This document shows positions 53,369 through 62,090 of a stretch of DNA of 64,000 bases, piece after piece. The stretch covers positions 198 to 64,197 of the forward strand of contig JAEWER010000033.1 of the NCBI GenBank assembly GCA_023389255.1. Reading direction: 5' to 3'. The notes under the pieces are model-generated. The model saw only the letters and a program-made list of their open reading frames with translations. It was not told the DNA's origin and did not search any database. This stretch comes from Bacillota bacterium (lineage in GTDB: Bacteria; Bacillota; Clostridia; Saccharofermentanales; DTU023). Position 1 is the first letter of the stretch. The number at the start of each line of letters is the position of its first letter. Both the position numbers and the translations under genes were made by a program.

Positions 53369-55345
53369 CTATTGCGCATCTTTTTGTTTTCTTCGCTCAG
53401 CTAAGGCTACCAGCAATACTGATATATCGGCTGGCGACACGCCAGAAATACGACTAGCTTGACCCAGTGATAGGGGTCTTAGTTCTTCTAGCTTCTGTCT
53501 TGCTTCCAGACGTAATCCCTGCAAATTAGCGTAGTCAAAATCTTCTGGTAACAACCGTTTCTCCAGTTCACGGAATTTTTCGATACGCTCCATCTCCAAC
53601 TTAATGTAACCATCGTACTTAATTCGCACCTCCACACCCCAGCACACACTGGTGTGCAGTTTAGGGAACTTTAAGTTTAGCTCTTCGATTTCAGCTAACT
53701 TGACTAGGTCAGCATAATGAATTTCTGGACGTTTAAGTAATTCTGCTAAGCTGATTCCTCCCTGTTGAATTGCACTATCACGTTCACGCAAAAATTCTTG
53801 CACATAATCATTGCTAAAGAGAATGCGCACCTCTCCTAAACGTTCAATCTCTTGTGCTATTTGCTCCTGTTTTATCTGGAATTGTTGATAACGATCTTCT
53901 GAGATCAAACCGATTTCGTAACCAATAGGTGTTAAGCGTTCATCAGCATTATCTTGTCTTAAAAGTAGACGATACTCGGCTCTTGACGTCATCATGCGAT
54001 AAGGTTCATTGGTACCCTTTGTCACTAAATCATCTATCAATACACCAATGTATCCTTGTGAGCGATCAATAATGACGGGGGGCTTCTGCTTGATTTTTTG
54101 TACAGCATTAATGCCTGCAACTAAACCTTGAGCAGCTGCCTCCTCATACCCTGAGGAGCCGTTAATCTGACCAGCACAATATAATCCTCTGATTTTTCTA
54201 CACTCCAAAGTTGGCTCTAATTCAGTGGGATCAATCAAATCGTACTGAATAGCATATCCCCAACGAATAATCTCTGCCTGCTCTAATCCTTTGATCGTCT
54301 TGAGCATATCTTGCTGCAAATCTGCAGGCATCGAAGTGGATAAACCAGAAGCATAAATTTCTTCGCTATTCAAACCGGTGGGCTCTAAAAAGACGTGATG
54401 TCGGAGATGATCGGGGAACTTAACAAACTTATCTTCAATTGAAGGACAGTACCGAGGACCAACCCCTTTAATCTTGCCACTATAAAGTGGAGAACGATCT
54501 ATATTCTCCAAGAATAATTGCATGGTGTCTTCACTCGTCCAGGTCAAATGGCAAGGCAATTCCGCTTTGGGTCGCCACGTTGGATCGAGTTCATTAGCAT
54601 AGGAAAAGGGCTTTGATTCTGGGTCGTTTTCTTGCACTTCGCATTGTGTGTAATCAATAGTACTAGAGCGGAAACGGGGTGGCGTGCCCGTCTTAAAGCG
54701 TTTCAAACGCAAGTTGCACGCACTCAGAGTAGAACTCAGTTCCGTTGCATAAGCTAAACCATCTGGTCCTGAAGCATAGCAGGCATCACCAATAATGATT
54801 TCGCTATTCAAATAAGTTCCTGTCGCCAAAATTACTGCCTTGGCTGGGTAGACAGCAAAAGTTTTAGTTACCACACCACAAACTCGTGTTGTTTCTTTCT
54901 CTGAAGCATCATCTTCTATAACTAGGTCTACTACCTCTGCCTGACGCAAACTGAGATTGGGTTGGTGCTCAAGATATTCTTTAACTTCCAAGCGATAGGC
55001 TAGTCGATCTATTTGCGCTCTCGGCGAAAGGACTGCAGGTCCCTTGGAAGCATTCAACATGCGAAATTGTATGCTCTGGCGATCAGCCAAAATTCCCATA
55101 ACTCCACCTAAAGCATCAACTTCCCGCACTAATTGCCCCTTGGCTGTGCCACCGATATTAGGATTACAAGGCATGTTGGCTACACTGTCCATCGTCAGCG
55201 TAAAAAGCATAGTTTTTAAGCCTAGCTTCGCACTGGCTACGGCTGCCTCGACGCCTGCATGACCAGCACCAACTACAATAACCTCGTAACTTTCGCCCAA
55301 CCAATAGGGTGCTTGTAATTGCTGTAATTGGCTCTTCTTCATCAT
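53369..55345 (-). CDS. mnmG: tRNA uridine 5-carboxymethylaminomethyl modification enzyme MnmG (GidA)
   Basis: YEVIVVGAGHAGVEAA, GPRYCPSIEDK, QINGSSGYEEAAAQG. Confidence 0.95.
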   Translation of the reverse strand: MMKKSQLQQLQAPYWLGESYEVIVVGAGHAGVEAAVASAKLGLKTMLFTLTMDSVANMPCNPNIGGTAKGQLVREVDALGGVMGILADRQSIQFRMLNASKGPAVLSPRAQIDRLAYRLEVKEYLEHQPNLSLRQAEVVDLVIEDDASEKETTRVCGVVTKTFAVYPAKAVILATGTYLNSEIIIGDACYASGPDGLAYATELSSTLSACNLRLKRFKTGTPPRFRSSTIDYTQCEVQENDPESKPFSYANELDPTWRPKAELPCHLTWTSEDTMQLFLENIDRSPLYSGKIKGVGPRYCPSIEDKFVKFPDHLRHHVFLEPTGLNSEEIYASGLSTSMPADLQQDMLKTIKGLEQAEIIRWGYAIQYDLIDPTELEPTLECRKIRGLYCAGQINGSSGYEEAAAQGLVAGINAVQKIKQKPPVIIDRSQGYIGVLIDDLVTKGTNEPYRMMTSRAEYRLLLRQDNADERLTPIGYEIGLISEDRYQQFQIKQEQIAQEIERLGEVRILFSNDYVQEFLRERDSAIQQGGISLAELLKRPEIHYADLVKLAEIEELNLKFPKLHTSVCWGVEVRIKYDGYIKLEMERIEKFRELEKRLLPEDFDYANLQGLRLEARQKLEELRPLSLGQASRISGVSPADISVLLVALAERRKQKDAQ

Positions 55346-56760
55346 TTACCTACACAAAATCTTGCAAAAATGTTTTCTACTAAAGTGTCGCTTACAGCTT
55401 CTCCTGTAATTTCTGCTAGGCTTTCAATCGATGCCCTAACGGCGGTTGCCACTAAATCTAACGGCAAAAATTCTAAGCCTGTTAGCGCTTCTTTTAAGGC
55501 ATTTTCCACTTTTTGGAAGCACTGATAGTGGCGCACATTGGTAAGAATTGTACCGTCACTTTCTGCTGTTTGCGCTTCATAATACGTCAATATTTTTTGT
55601 TTGAGTTCTGCTAGAGCCACTCGATCATTCGCCGCAAGAGCTAAGATTTCAGTTCTAACATCTGCTAAAACTAAACCTAATTGCTCTTGTACGCATTGCT
55701 GGCGCAAAGCTAATTGCTCTTCAGTCAGTAAGTCACTTTTGCTCATAACAATAAGCAAGCCCTGTCTATCCAGATAAGGTCTGATTGTTGCTAATTGTTT
55801 CTCTAACTCTAGCTCTTTATCTGCTGGTAATAACCAACAAATATAATCTGCTCTTTTTAGCGTATCTAAACTTCGCTTGACGCCTGCTTGTTCTACTACA
55901 TCGTCTGTTTCGCGAATGCCTGCAGTGTCGATCAGCTTAACTATGAGACCAGCTACATTGATGCGAGCCTCTAAGGTATCTCTGGTAGTGCCTGGAATAT
56001 TGGTAACAATTGCCCGATCTTGTTCACTCAAAGCATTGAGCAAAGTAGATTTACCAGCATTGGGCTCACCTACCAAAGCTACTGTTAGACCCTCAGCTAG
56101 CATCGTGCCTTGTCTGTGACTTTGCATCAGATGACCTACTTTATCTCTAACTCGTTTAAGTTCAGCCATCAACATCGCCTTAGCTTCTGGTGTATCCTCA
56201 TGTTCGGGAAACTCTAAAATCAATTCGATGCGACCCAAAACTTCATACAAACTAGAAGATAGGGATTCAACTTGCTTCGTTAAAGCTCCTTGAAGTTGTT
56301 TTAAGGCATTATCGCCTTGAAGCTCAGCCTCTGCATTGATTAAGTCAATCACGGCTTCGGTTCTTGCCAAATCCATTTTGCCAGCCAAAAAAGCACGCTT
56401 GGAAAATTCTCCTGGACCAGCTAGCTCTGCGCCTGCATCTACTAAACTTTGTAGAATTGCTGTTTTCGTATAGGTGCTACCGTGACAAGAAACTTCGTAC
56501 AAATCTTCACCTGTATACGAACGGGGAGCTTTAAAACAAGCTAGCACAACCTCGTCTATCAACTTACCATCAGTTGATGCACTGTACCATTTGCCATAAG
56601 ACAAGGTATATCCTGCCATTTGTGATGGCTTAACAAAGGCTTTACCTGGGCGGAAAAGTTTATCACAGATCTGTCCTGCATTTGGTCCTGAAATGCGCAA
56701 CACCGCCAGAGCACTAACTCCTGGCGGTGTTGAAATAGCTACAATTGTTGCTTGTGCCAT
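55342..56760 (-). CDS. mnmE: tRNA modification GTPase MnmE (TrmE)
   Basis: TIVAISTPPG, GEPNAGKSTLLN, DTAGIR, C-terminal FCVGK. Confidence 0.95.
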   Translation of the reverse strand: MAQATIVAISTPPGVSALAVLRISGPNAGQICDKLFRPGKAFVKPSQMAGYTLSYGKWYSASTDGKLIDEVVLACFKAPRSYTGEDLYEVSCHGSTYTKTAILQSLVDAGAELAGPGEFSKRAFLAGKMDLARTEAVIDLINAEAELQGDNALKQLQGALTKQVESLSSSLYEVLGRIELILEFPEHEDTPEAKAMLMAELKRVRDKVGHLMQSHRQGTMLAEGLTVALVGEPNAGKSTLLNALSEQDRAIVTNIPGTTRDTLEARINVAGLIVKLIDTAGIRETDDVVEQAGVKRSLDTLKRADYICWLLPADKELELEKQLATIRPYLDRQGLLIVMSKSDLLTEEQLALRQQCVQEQLGLVLADVRTEILALAANDRVALAELKQKILTYYEAQTAESDGTILTNVRHYQCFQKVENALKEALTGLEFLPLDLVATAVRASIESLAEITGEAVSDTLVENIFARFCVGK

Positions 56761-56776
56761 TTAAGCCTCCAACGAG

Positions 56777-57691
56777 CTAGTCTCTATGCTCATTGTCGTT
56801 GTATCTTCTGTTGTTGCGGTTATTGCCTCGGCGATAGCCACGATGTTTTCTGAAGCCATAACCAGGATAGATCACTATGTGGCGGTAAGGTTCTTCACCC
56901 TCACTCACAGTTTTCAACTTGCGGAATGATTGTAAAGCTATATGCACTTGGCGACGTTCACTGGAATTCATTGCTGGTAGCGCCACACTATAACCTGTAT
57001 GCATTACATGCTTAGCTTCTCTGATCGCATGATCAACCACATGTTGCAAGCGACGTTCTCTGTAGCCACCTACATCGATCAAGACACGCAGATGAGCTTC
57101 TTCTCTGTCATTGATGACTAAGTTGGTTAAGTATTGAATAGCATCTAAAGTTTCACCGTGTCTACCGATGACAACACCGATATCTTCGCCGTCAATATCT
57201 AGGCAAAGCGTACCCTCTTCGTTGATATAAGAAGCCATCGTGCCGTGCACTCCTAAACCACGCAAAATTGTTTTGACGTATTCAACAGCTTTCGCTTCTT
57301 TTTCTTTGATCTCAGCCTCTGACAATTCACGTCTGACACTGGGTTCATTGCCTACCATTACGAGATCATCATCTTCGCTGCTTAGCTCAGTTTGGGAATA
57401 ATTTTCTTCTTCATCATCTTCATAACCTAAACCGATAGGGCAAGCATCATCGCTTAAAGCGCTATGAACCAGTTCCTCTGCGAGATCTTCTGCTTCCTGC
57501 TCTCTGCTAGGCTTTGCCGTATGTTTAAGGCTAACTTCGATTTTGGCGGGACGTCTGCCAAAACCTAACAGACCGGAACCACCTTCATCTAGAACTTCAA
57601 TTAACATATCGTTACGGCTAGCATGTAGCTCGTTTTCTGCTTCTTTGATGGCGTCTTCAACCTTGGCGCCTGTGAATTGATAAGTATCCAT
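56777..57691 (-). CDS. jag: Jag/KhpB RNA-binding protein (Jag_N, KH, R3H) with an acidic insert and an Arg/Asn-rich tail
   Basis: Conserved position after yidC. N-terminal VEDAIKEAENEL. KH-like IGRHGETLDAIQYL. R3H-like SSERRQVHIAL. Confidence 0.85.
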   Translation of the reverse strand: MDTYQFTGAKVEDAIKEAENELHASRNDMLIEVLDEGGSGLLGFGRRPAKIEVSLKHTAKPSREQEAEDLAEELVHSALSDDACPIGLGYEDDEEENYSQTELSSEDDDLVMVGNEPSVRRELSEAEIKEKEAKAVEYVKTILRGLGVHGTMASYINEEGTLCLDIDGEDIGVVIGRHGETLDAIQYLTNLVINDREEAHLRVLIDVGGYRERRLQHVVDHAIREAKHVMHTGYSVALPAMNSSERRQVHIALQSFRKLKTVSEGEEPYRHIVIYPGYGFRKHRGYRRGNNRNNRRYNDNEHRD

Positions 57692-57701
57692 CTAAACCTC
57701 T

Positions 57702-58718
57702 TTATGCACGTCTACGCTTGACTAATTTGGCAGCTTTTTGCTCTGCCATGAATTTACGGAAAGGTTGAGTATAAAAGCGATAAATAATAATAGCTTGTAC
57801 AATACCAACCACATTGCTGACAACATAGTAGAGACCTAAGGCTGAAGGCACTACGAACATGGTCCACAGCATGAAGATGGGCATCATCCAAGTCATGGTT
57901 TTCATCATAGAAGCACCTTGATCTTTAGGCGTTTGCCCTGCTTTAGCTGGGTTATTGCTTTCACGCTCTTTTTCTTCTTTACTGATCTGATTGGACATCA
58001 TGCTACGATTGCTGATTCGCATTTGGAATACTAGCGTCAGCATGCAGATAACGGGCAAAATCAACAAGCTAAGATAGTAGATTGAATTATCGCCAAACAA
58101 ATTGCTCGGATGCCAGGATGGCGTTGCACCTAAATCAATACCCACGAAGTTAAGATCCAGCATCTGATCCACTCGCATCCAGCCTTGTTGTACCGCATGG
58201 CTCAAAGCTTGAGCATTATTGCGCAAGATGTTTAGCAGATTGATGTCTGAGGTATTAACGATGTAGCTTGCGCCCTTAGCATCTAAGATATTTATGCTTT
58301 GTAGATATTCTGTGATTTTGGCAATATTTTCACCACTCACACCAGCGATATACTGTAGCGGATTACGGGCAATGGTGAACATCGGGAAAATTAAGATCAA
58401 AGGAATTAGCGATGTCAAACAACCAGTACCCATCGAGATACCGTTCGTTTTGTACAATTCTTGCACCAACTGATTCTGTGTCTGCATATCAGGATGGCGA
58501 CGCTTTATTTCGTTGACCTCGTCAGTGAAAGCTTGCTGTTTGAGCATGCTCTTCTGCGATTTAATAAATAAGGGAATTAAAATTGCCTTGGTGATGATAC
58601 CGAAAATAATTAAGGTGATACCATAATTAGCTACCAAGGAATAGATCAGGCTGATCAGCTTACCAAACAAGATGTTCAGTGGCTCTAAAATGCTCAGCAT
58701 CAATGGCAGTTGAGTCAT
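57702..58718 (-). CDS. yidC: Membrane protein insertase YidC
   Basis: Polytopic. PLFIKSQKSM, GCLTSLIPLILIFPMF. Basic C-terminus KLVKRRRA. Synteny with rnpA/yidD. Confidence 0.88.
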   Translation of the reverse strand: MTQLPLMLSILEPLNILFGKLISLIYSLVANYGITLIIFGIITKAILIPLFIKSQKSMLKQQAFTDEVNEIKRRHPDMQTQNQLVQELYKTNGISMGTGCLTSLIPLILIFPMFTIARNPLQYIAGVSGENIAKITEYLQSINILDAKGASYIVNTSDINLLNILRNNAQALSHAVQQGWMRVDQMLDLNFVGIDLGATPSWHPSNLFGDNSIYYLSLLILPVICMLTLVFQMRISNRSMMSNQISKEEKERESNNPAKAGQTPKDQGASMMKTMTWMMPIFMLWTMFVVPSALGLYYVVSNVVGIVQAIIIYRFYTQPFRKFMAEQKAAKLVKRRRA

Positions 58719-58738
58719 AGTCCTCCCGCACCTCTCTA

Positions 58739-59020
58739 CTAATGATCCAAATTACATACACATTTTTCATCTGCTTCAGGGACAGCTGGATCATATCCGC
58801 CCTTAGACCAAGGATTACAACGTAAAATACGCCACGTTGTTTTTAATCCACCAATGAAAAATCCGTAATGTTTTATCGCATCAATGCCGTATTGTGAGCA
58901 AGTAGGATAATAACGACACCGTGCGCCGAGGCGCGGAGAGATTTCGGTTTGATAACGACGGATAAGTTTAATTGCCAGTTTCGCAATTGGTGAAACTTTT
59001 TTCCGCATCGCTATTAGCAT
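58739..59020 (-). CDS. yidD: Membrane protein insertion efficiency factor YidD
   Basis: LIRRYQTEISPRLGARCRYYPTCSQYGIDAIKHYG. Overlaps the 3' end of rnpA. The start could be ATG 59020 or ATG 59008. Confidence 0.88.
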   Translation of the reverse strand: MLIAMRKKVSPIAKLAIKLIRRYQTEISPRLGARCRYYPTCSQYGIDAIKHYGFFIGGLKTTWRILRCNPWSKGGYDPAVPEADEKCVCNLDH

Positions 59021-59399
59021 CCTTAAGGTTAATTCGCACTATGCCAGACTTCTGTAGTATCTTTTGCCACTCCTGGAACAGTTGTTGATATGTACACTCT
59101 TCTGGAGTAACTCTACCGAGCAAGATTAGATCGTAACCAGGTGTAATAAGATGTTCACTATGTCTGTATAGCTCACGCAACCAGCGTTTGACACGATTTC
59201 TTCTGACACTGCCCTTCAGCTTTTTCGCTACTGCCACACCTCTATACAAGCGTTGATCCCGCCTAGTAAAGCAATAAAGTGTTAGATGTTTGCTACTATA
59301 GCGCTCACCCTTGCGATAAGTGCGACCGAATTGATACTTACTTTTTAAAGGCAATGTTTGCTTCACGTTCTCTTTAAGGTCAGCAATAAGAAAGACCAC
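58968..59399 (-). CDS. rnpA: Ribonuclease P protein component
   Basis: LKSKYQFGRTYRKG...AVAKKLKGSVRRNRVKRWLRE (RNR motif). The start is uncertain: GTG 59399 or GTG 59366. Confidence 0.85.
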   Translation of the reverse strand: MVFLIADLKENVKQTLPLKSKYQFGRTYRKGERYSSKHLTLYCFTRRDQRLYRGVAVAKKLKGSVRRNRVKRWLRELYRHSEHLITPGYDLILLGRVTPEECTYQQLFQEWQKILQKSGIVRINLKDANSDAEKSFTNCETGN

Positions 59400-59412
59400 A
59401 TGTGCGGTCTTC

Positions 59413-59547
59413 TTAGGCTGATAACTTCTTTCTGCCTTTCAGACGACGACGCTTTAATACTAAACGGCCGCTGGCAGTGCTCATGCGCTTACGGAAACCA
59501 TGCTCACGCTTACGCTGGCGAACTTTAGGTTGATAAGTTCTTTTCAT
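59413..59547 (-). CDS. rpmH: 50S ribosomal protein L34
   Basis: Too short for the ORF track. Hand translation: [54 protein letters not shown]. Confidence 0.95.
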   Translation of the reverse strand: MKRTYQPKVRQRKREHGFRKRMSTASGRLVLKRRRLKGRKKLSA

Positions 59548-59588
59548 ATTTTCACCCCCTCTGGAGATTTCTTTCGTCAATCTTTGCA

Positions 59589-59618
59589 ATTATAACTTTT
59601 GCAATGAATTTTCGTCAA
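59589..59618 (-). promoter_or_regulatory. Sigma-70 promoter of rpmH-rnpA
   Basis: Minus strand TTGACG (59618-59613), 18 nt, TATAAT (59594-59589). Confidence 0.6.
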
Positions 59619-59639
59619 ACCTCTTGCACTAATTGTGCA

Positions 59640-60008
59640 TTAAACTTCAAACTCCCAATCCACGCTAACATTACTCAAACGTTCTATTTCTCGTACAATT
59701 TCACGTTCCAACATGATGTTTCGCTGGTGTAGATTGGCATTCTTGCGCTTGTTATCAGCATTTTTAGATCTGCGATTTTCTATCTTGTCACTGTTTTTGT
59801 TAGTGATAGATAAAGAGGTTTGGTTCACTAGCTCTTTTTCTTTGCGCTCTACACGCTCCACTCTCTCGCTACGATCGTTTTTAGACTTACCCTTTACCAC
59901 CTCTACTTCAGTAGATGGCTTAAAAGTCTTCTTCTTCGTTTTGTAGTAGGGGCGACGTCCCTTAGGGTGAGGACGTCGCTTTTGTTCACTATTTTGCAGA
60001 TCTGCCAT
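59640..60008 (-). CDS. Small, highly basic Lys/Arg/Glu-rich protein of unknown function, translationally coupled to the LCP gene
   Basis: AGGAGA, formed by the last codons of the LCP gene, lies 6 nt before the ATG, with a 2-nt gap after the LCP stop. By my count 32 of 122 residues are K/R. The C-terminal helix-like segment is LEREIVREIERLSNVSVDWEFEV. Confidence 0.6.
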   Translation of the reverse strand: MADLQNSEQKRRPHPKGRRPYYKTKKKTFKPSTEVEVVKGKSKNDRSERVERVERKEKELVNQTSLSITNKNSDKIENRRSKNADNKRKNANLHQRNIMLEREIVREIERLSNVSVDWEFEV

Positions 60009-60010
60009 GA

Positions 60011-61963
60011 TTACTCTCCTAGCACTGCCTTAATTTTTGCTTTTGCTTCGTTAACACTATTTTGATCAGCTTCAAACATGTACAACTCATAACCAGGCAT
60101 AGCAGCTGAAGGGAATCTACCGATGCTACCTTCACCTGTAATGCTGTTACTCTCAATATCCCAATCACCACCGTTGCTGATCTGTTTATTAACTAGTTTC
60201 ATCATATCGTCTACGGGCATATTGGTTTCCATGTTGTTATCCACAACGGAAAGAACAGTGGGGAAATTAGTCAAAATAGCCGGGCTAGTCAGCTTACGGA
60301 TGATACCTGTCAGCACACGCTGTTGGTTTTTACCACGATCGCTATCACCGTCTTGTAGGTTGTAGCGCTCACGCGAGAATACTAAAGCCTCTTCGCCATT
60401 CAGCGTTATCTCACCAGCAGGGAAGCTATAACCTAAATGGCTAGAGAATTCTCTGGGGTTATCAACCGTAACACCACCTAATGCGTCAACTAGTTCCAAA
60501 ACAGAAGTAAAGTTTACTCTGCCGTAGTAGTTGATTGGCACATCTAGAAAATTTTCTAACGTCTGCACCGAAGAATTGACACCGTAAATACCGGCATGTG
60601 TCAGCTTATCTCCCTCATTATTGCCACCGCCAGCAATGGGCAAGTATGTATCACGAGGCACATTTGTAATTAAGATCTTGTGAGTCTTAGGATTGACTGC
60701 CAATACTAAGTTAACGTCACTGCGTGATACTGTTTCAATATCACCATAGGTATCAATACCACTCACATAGAACACGAAAGGTTCATTGGCTGTGTCTACA
60801 TTCTTGGCAACGTGAGTGGTGTGTTCTTCTTCATTCTTATAGCTGTAGAGCACACGTGTTTCTTTTTCAAACTTAGGATGCTCATCGATGATGTTGGGCT
60901 TGTAGCTGGACTTGAACACAATCACATCCGCTTGATGGTTGTATAGCTTATTAACTCCTTCCACATAGGTGCCCGAATCGACAATATTTAAGTCTACACC
61001 CTCTTCTTTCTTAATATTTTGCAAGAGATCTTCAATGTTCTTTTGATCTTGTTGCTGAGGTGCATAGACATCGTGTCCTACCACATCTTGCAAGCTTTGA
61101 TATACAGAATCTTTAAGCACTAGTACTTGCATTTCAGTAGTAATCGTTTTATCACTTGTGATGTTAAACAACGTACCTAAAACACCATTGAGAATATAAG
61201 TAACAAAACAGAGCACGATTAGTCCTAGTGTACCTATCGTTAAACCTGTGCGACGCACTGGTGTCGAATAACGCGCATAGCAAGCACAACCCAAAGTAAC
61301 TAAAGTAATAAAGGCACAAACACCAATAACCACCATGCGATAAGTGGTAGGTAATACGTTATAACGCATCATCAAATAAGTGCTATAGGCTGTACCAACC
61401 ACTAACAAGGCGGTGATGATGTACAAAATAATGGTTGTAAACCTACCCTTGCGCACTTCACGCATAGCCTCTAACTCATAATCGGCAAATTCATCGTCAT
61501 AAACGTAATCAGGTCTTGCTGTTTTACGCACTGGCTCAGCGTAGGGATCATATTGATTATATTGATTTGAACGTCTAGGTGACGTAGCTCCAACCCTAGC
61601 TCTTTTTCTCGGGGCATAGGGATCTGAACTGTATAGATCCCGCTCTCTCTCTGATAAATAGCGTTCTCTTGGCGGACGTCTTCTTGGTGCTTGTCCTCTC
61701 TGGCGTTCAGCATAAGGATCTCTAGCATATTCAGTGCTATGAGCATAGTTTTCACGACGGTCGCGATTATTACTGCGCACTGCTCTCTCTGCTAGAGCAA
61801 TAGATTCATTTTCCAAATGTTCATTTCTTCTCGGTGCACGTCTTGGCCTCAACGGCATTTGCTCATACTCGTTGTGCACGATATTTTGGGGACGTTGTGA
61901 CACCGGCCTTGGGCGTCTTCCCGTATTCTTTTGTTTATTTCTATTTCTCTCATCGAAATTCAT
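60011..61963 (-). CDS. LytR-CpsA-Psr (LCP) family cell-wall glycopolymer transferase with a ~175-aa Arg/Pro/Tyr-rich cytoplasmic tail
   Basis: LCP core: NLVLAVNPKTHKILITNVPRDTY...DKLTHAGIYG...SRERYNLQDGDSDRGKNQQRV. TM cluster at residues ~175-260. GGAGG RBS. Confidence 0.85.
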   Translation of the reverse strand: MNFDERNRNKQKNTGRRPRPVSQRPQNIVHNEYEQMPLRPRRAPRRNEHLENESIALAERAVRSNNRDRRENYAHSTEYARDPYAERQRGQAPRRRPPRERYLSERERDLYSSDPYAPRKRARVGATSPRRSNQYNQYDPYAEPVRKTARPDYVYDDEFADYELEAMREVRKGRFTTIILYIITALLVVGTAYSTYLMMRYNVLPTTYRMVVIGVCAFITLVTLGCACYARYSTPVRRTGLTIGTLGLIVLCFVTYILNGVLGTLFNITSDKTITTEMQVLVLKDSVYQSLQDVVGHDVYAPQQQDQKNIEDLLQNIKKEEGVDLNIVDSGTYVEGVNKLYNHQADVIVFKSSYKPNIIDEHPKFEKETRVLYSYKNEEEHTTHVAKNVDTANEPFVFYVSGIDTYGDIETVSRSDVNLVLAVNPKTHKILITNVPRDTYLPIAGGGNNEGDKLTHAGIYGVNSSVQTLENFLDVPINYYGRVNFTSVLELVDALGGVTVDNPREFSSHLGYSFPAGEITLNGEEALVFSRERYNLQDGDSDRGKNQQRVLTGIIRKLTSPAILTNFPTVLSVVDNNMETNMPVDDMMKLVNKQISNGGDWDIESNSITGEGSIGRFPSAAMPGYELYMFEADQNSVNEAKAKIKAVLGE

Positions 61964-62027
61964 TAAATCAGTCCTCCGATGGCTTATTGTATCTTGCTAA
62001 ACTAAAAGTATCTATCTAGATATATTA

Positions 62028-62056
62028 ACAAAGAAGCCCCTCTAATGAGGGGCTTA
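62028..62056 (-). terminator. Terminator of the surface-protein gene
   Basis: AAGCCCCTC-TAAT-GAGGGGCTT. The minus-strand tail is CTTTGTT. Confidence 0.7.
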
Positions 62057-62090
62057 ATCTTTAAGAATCGTTACGTGCTTCCTCTTAAGT

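Noticed and set aside
60237-60245. Perfect DnaA box TTATCCACA.
   Set aside because: This is a single copy inside the LCP coding sequence. About 0.5 perfect 9-mers are expected by chance on two strands in 64 kb. There is no neighbouring cluster and no AT-rich unwinding element, so it is not evidence for oriC.
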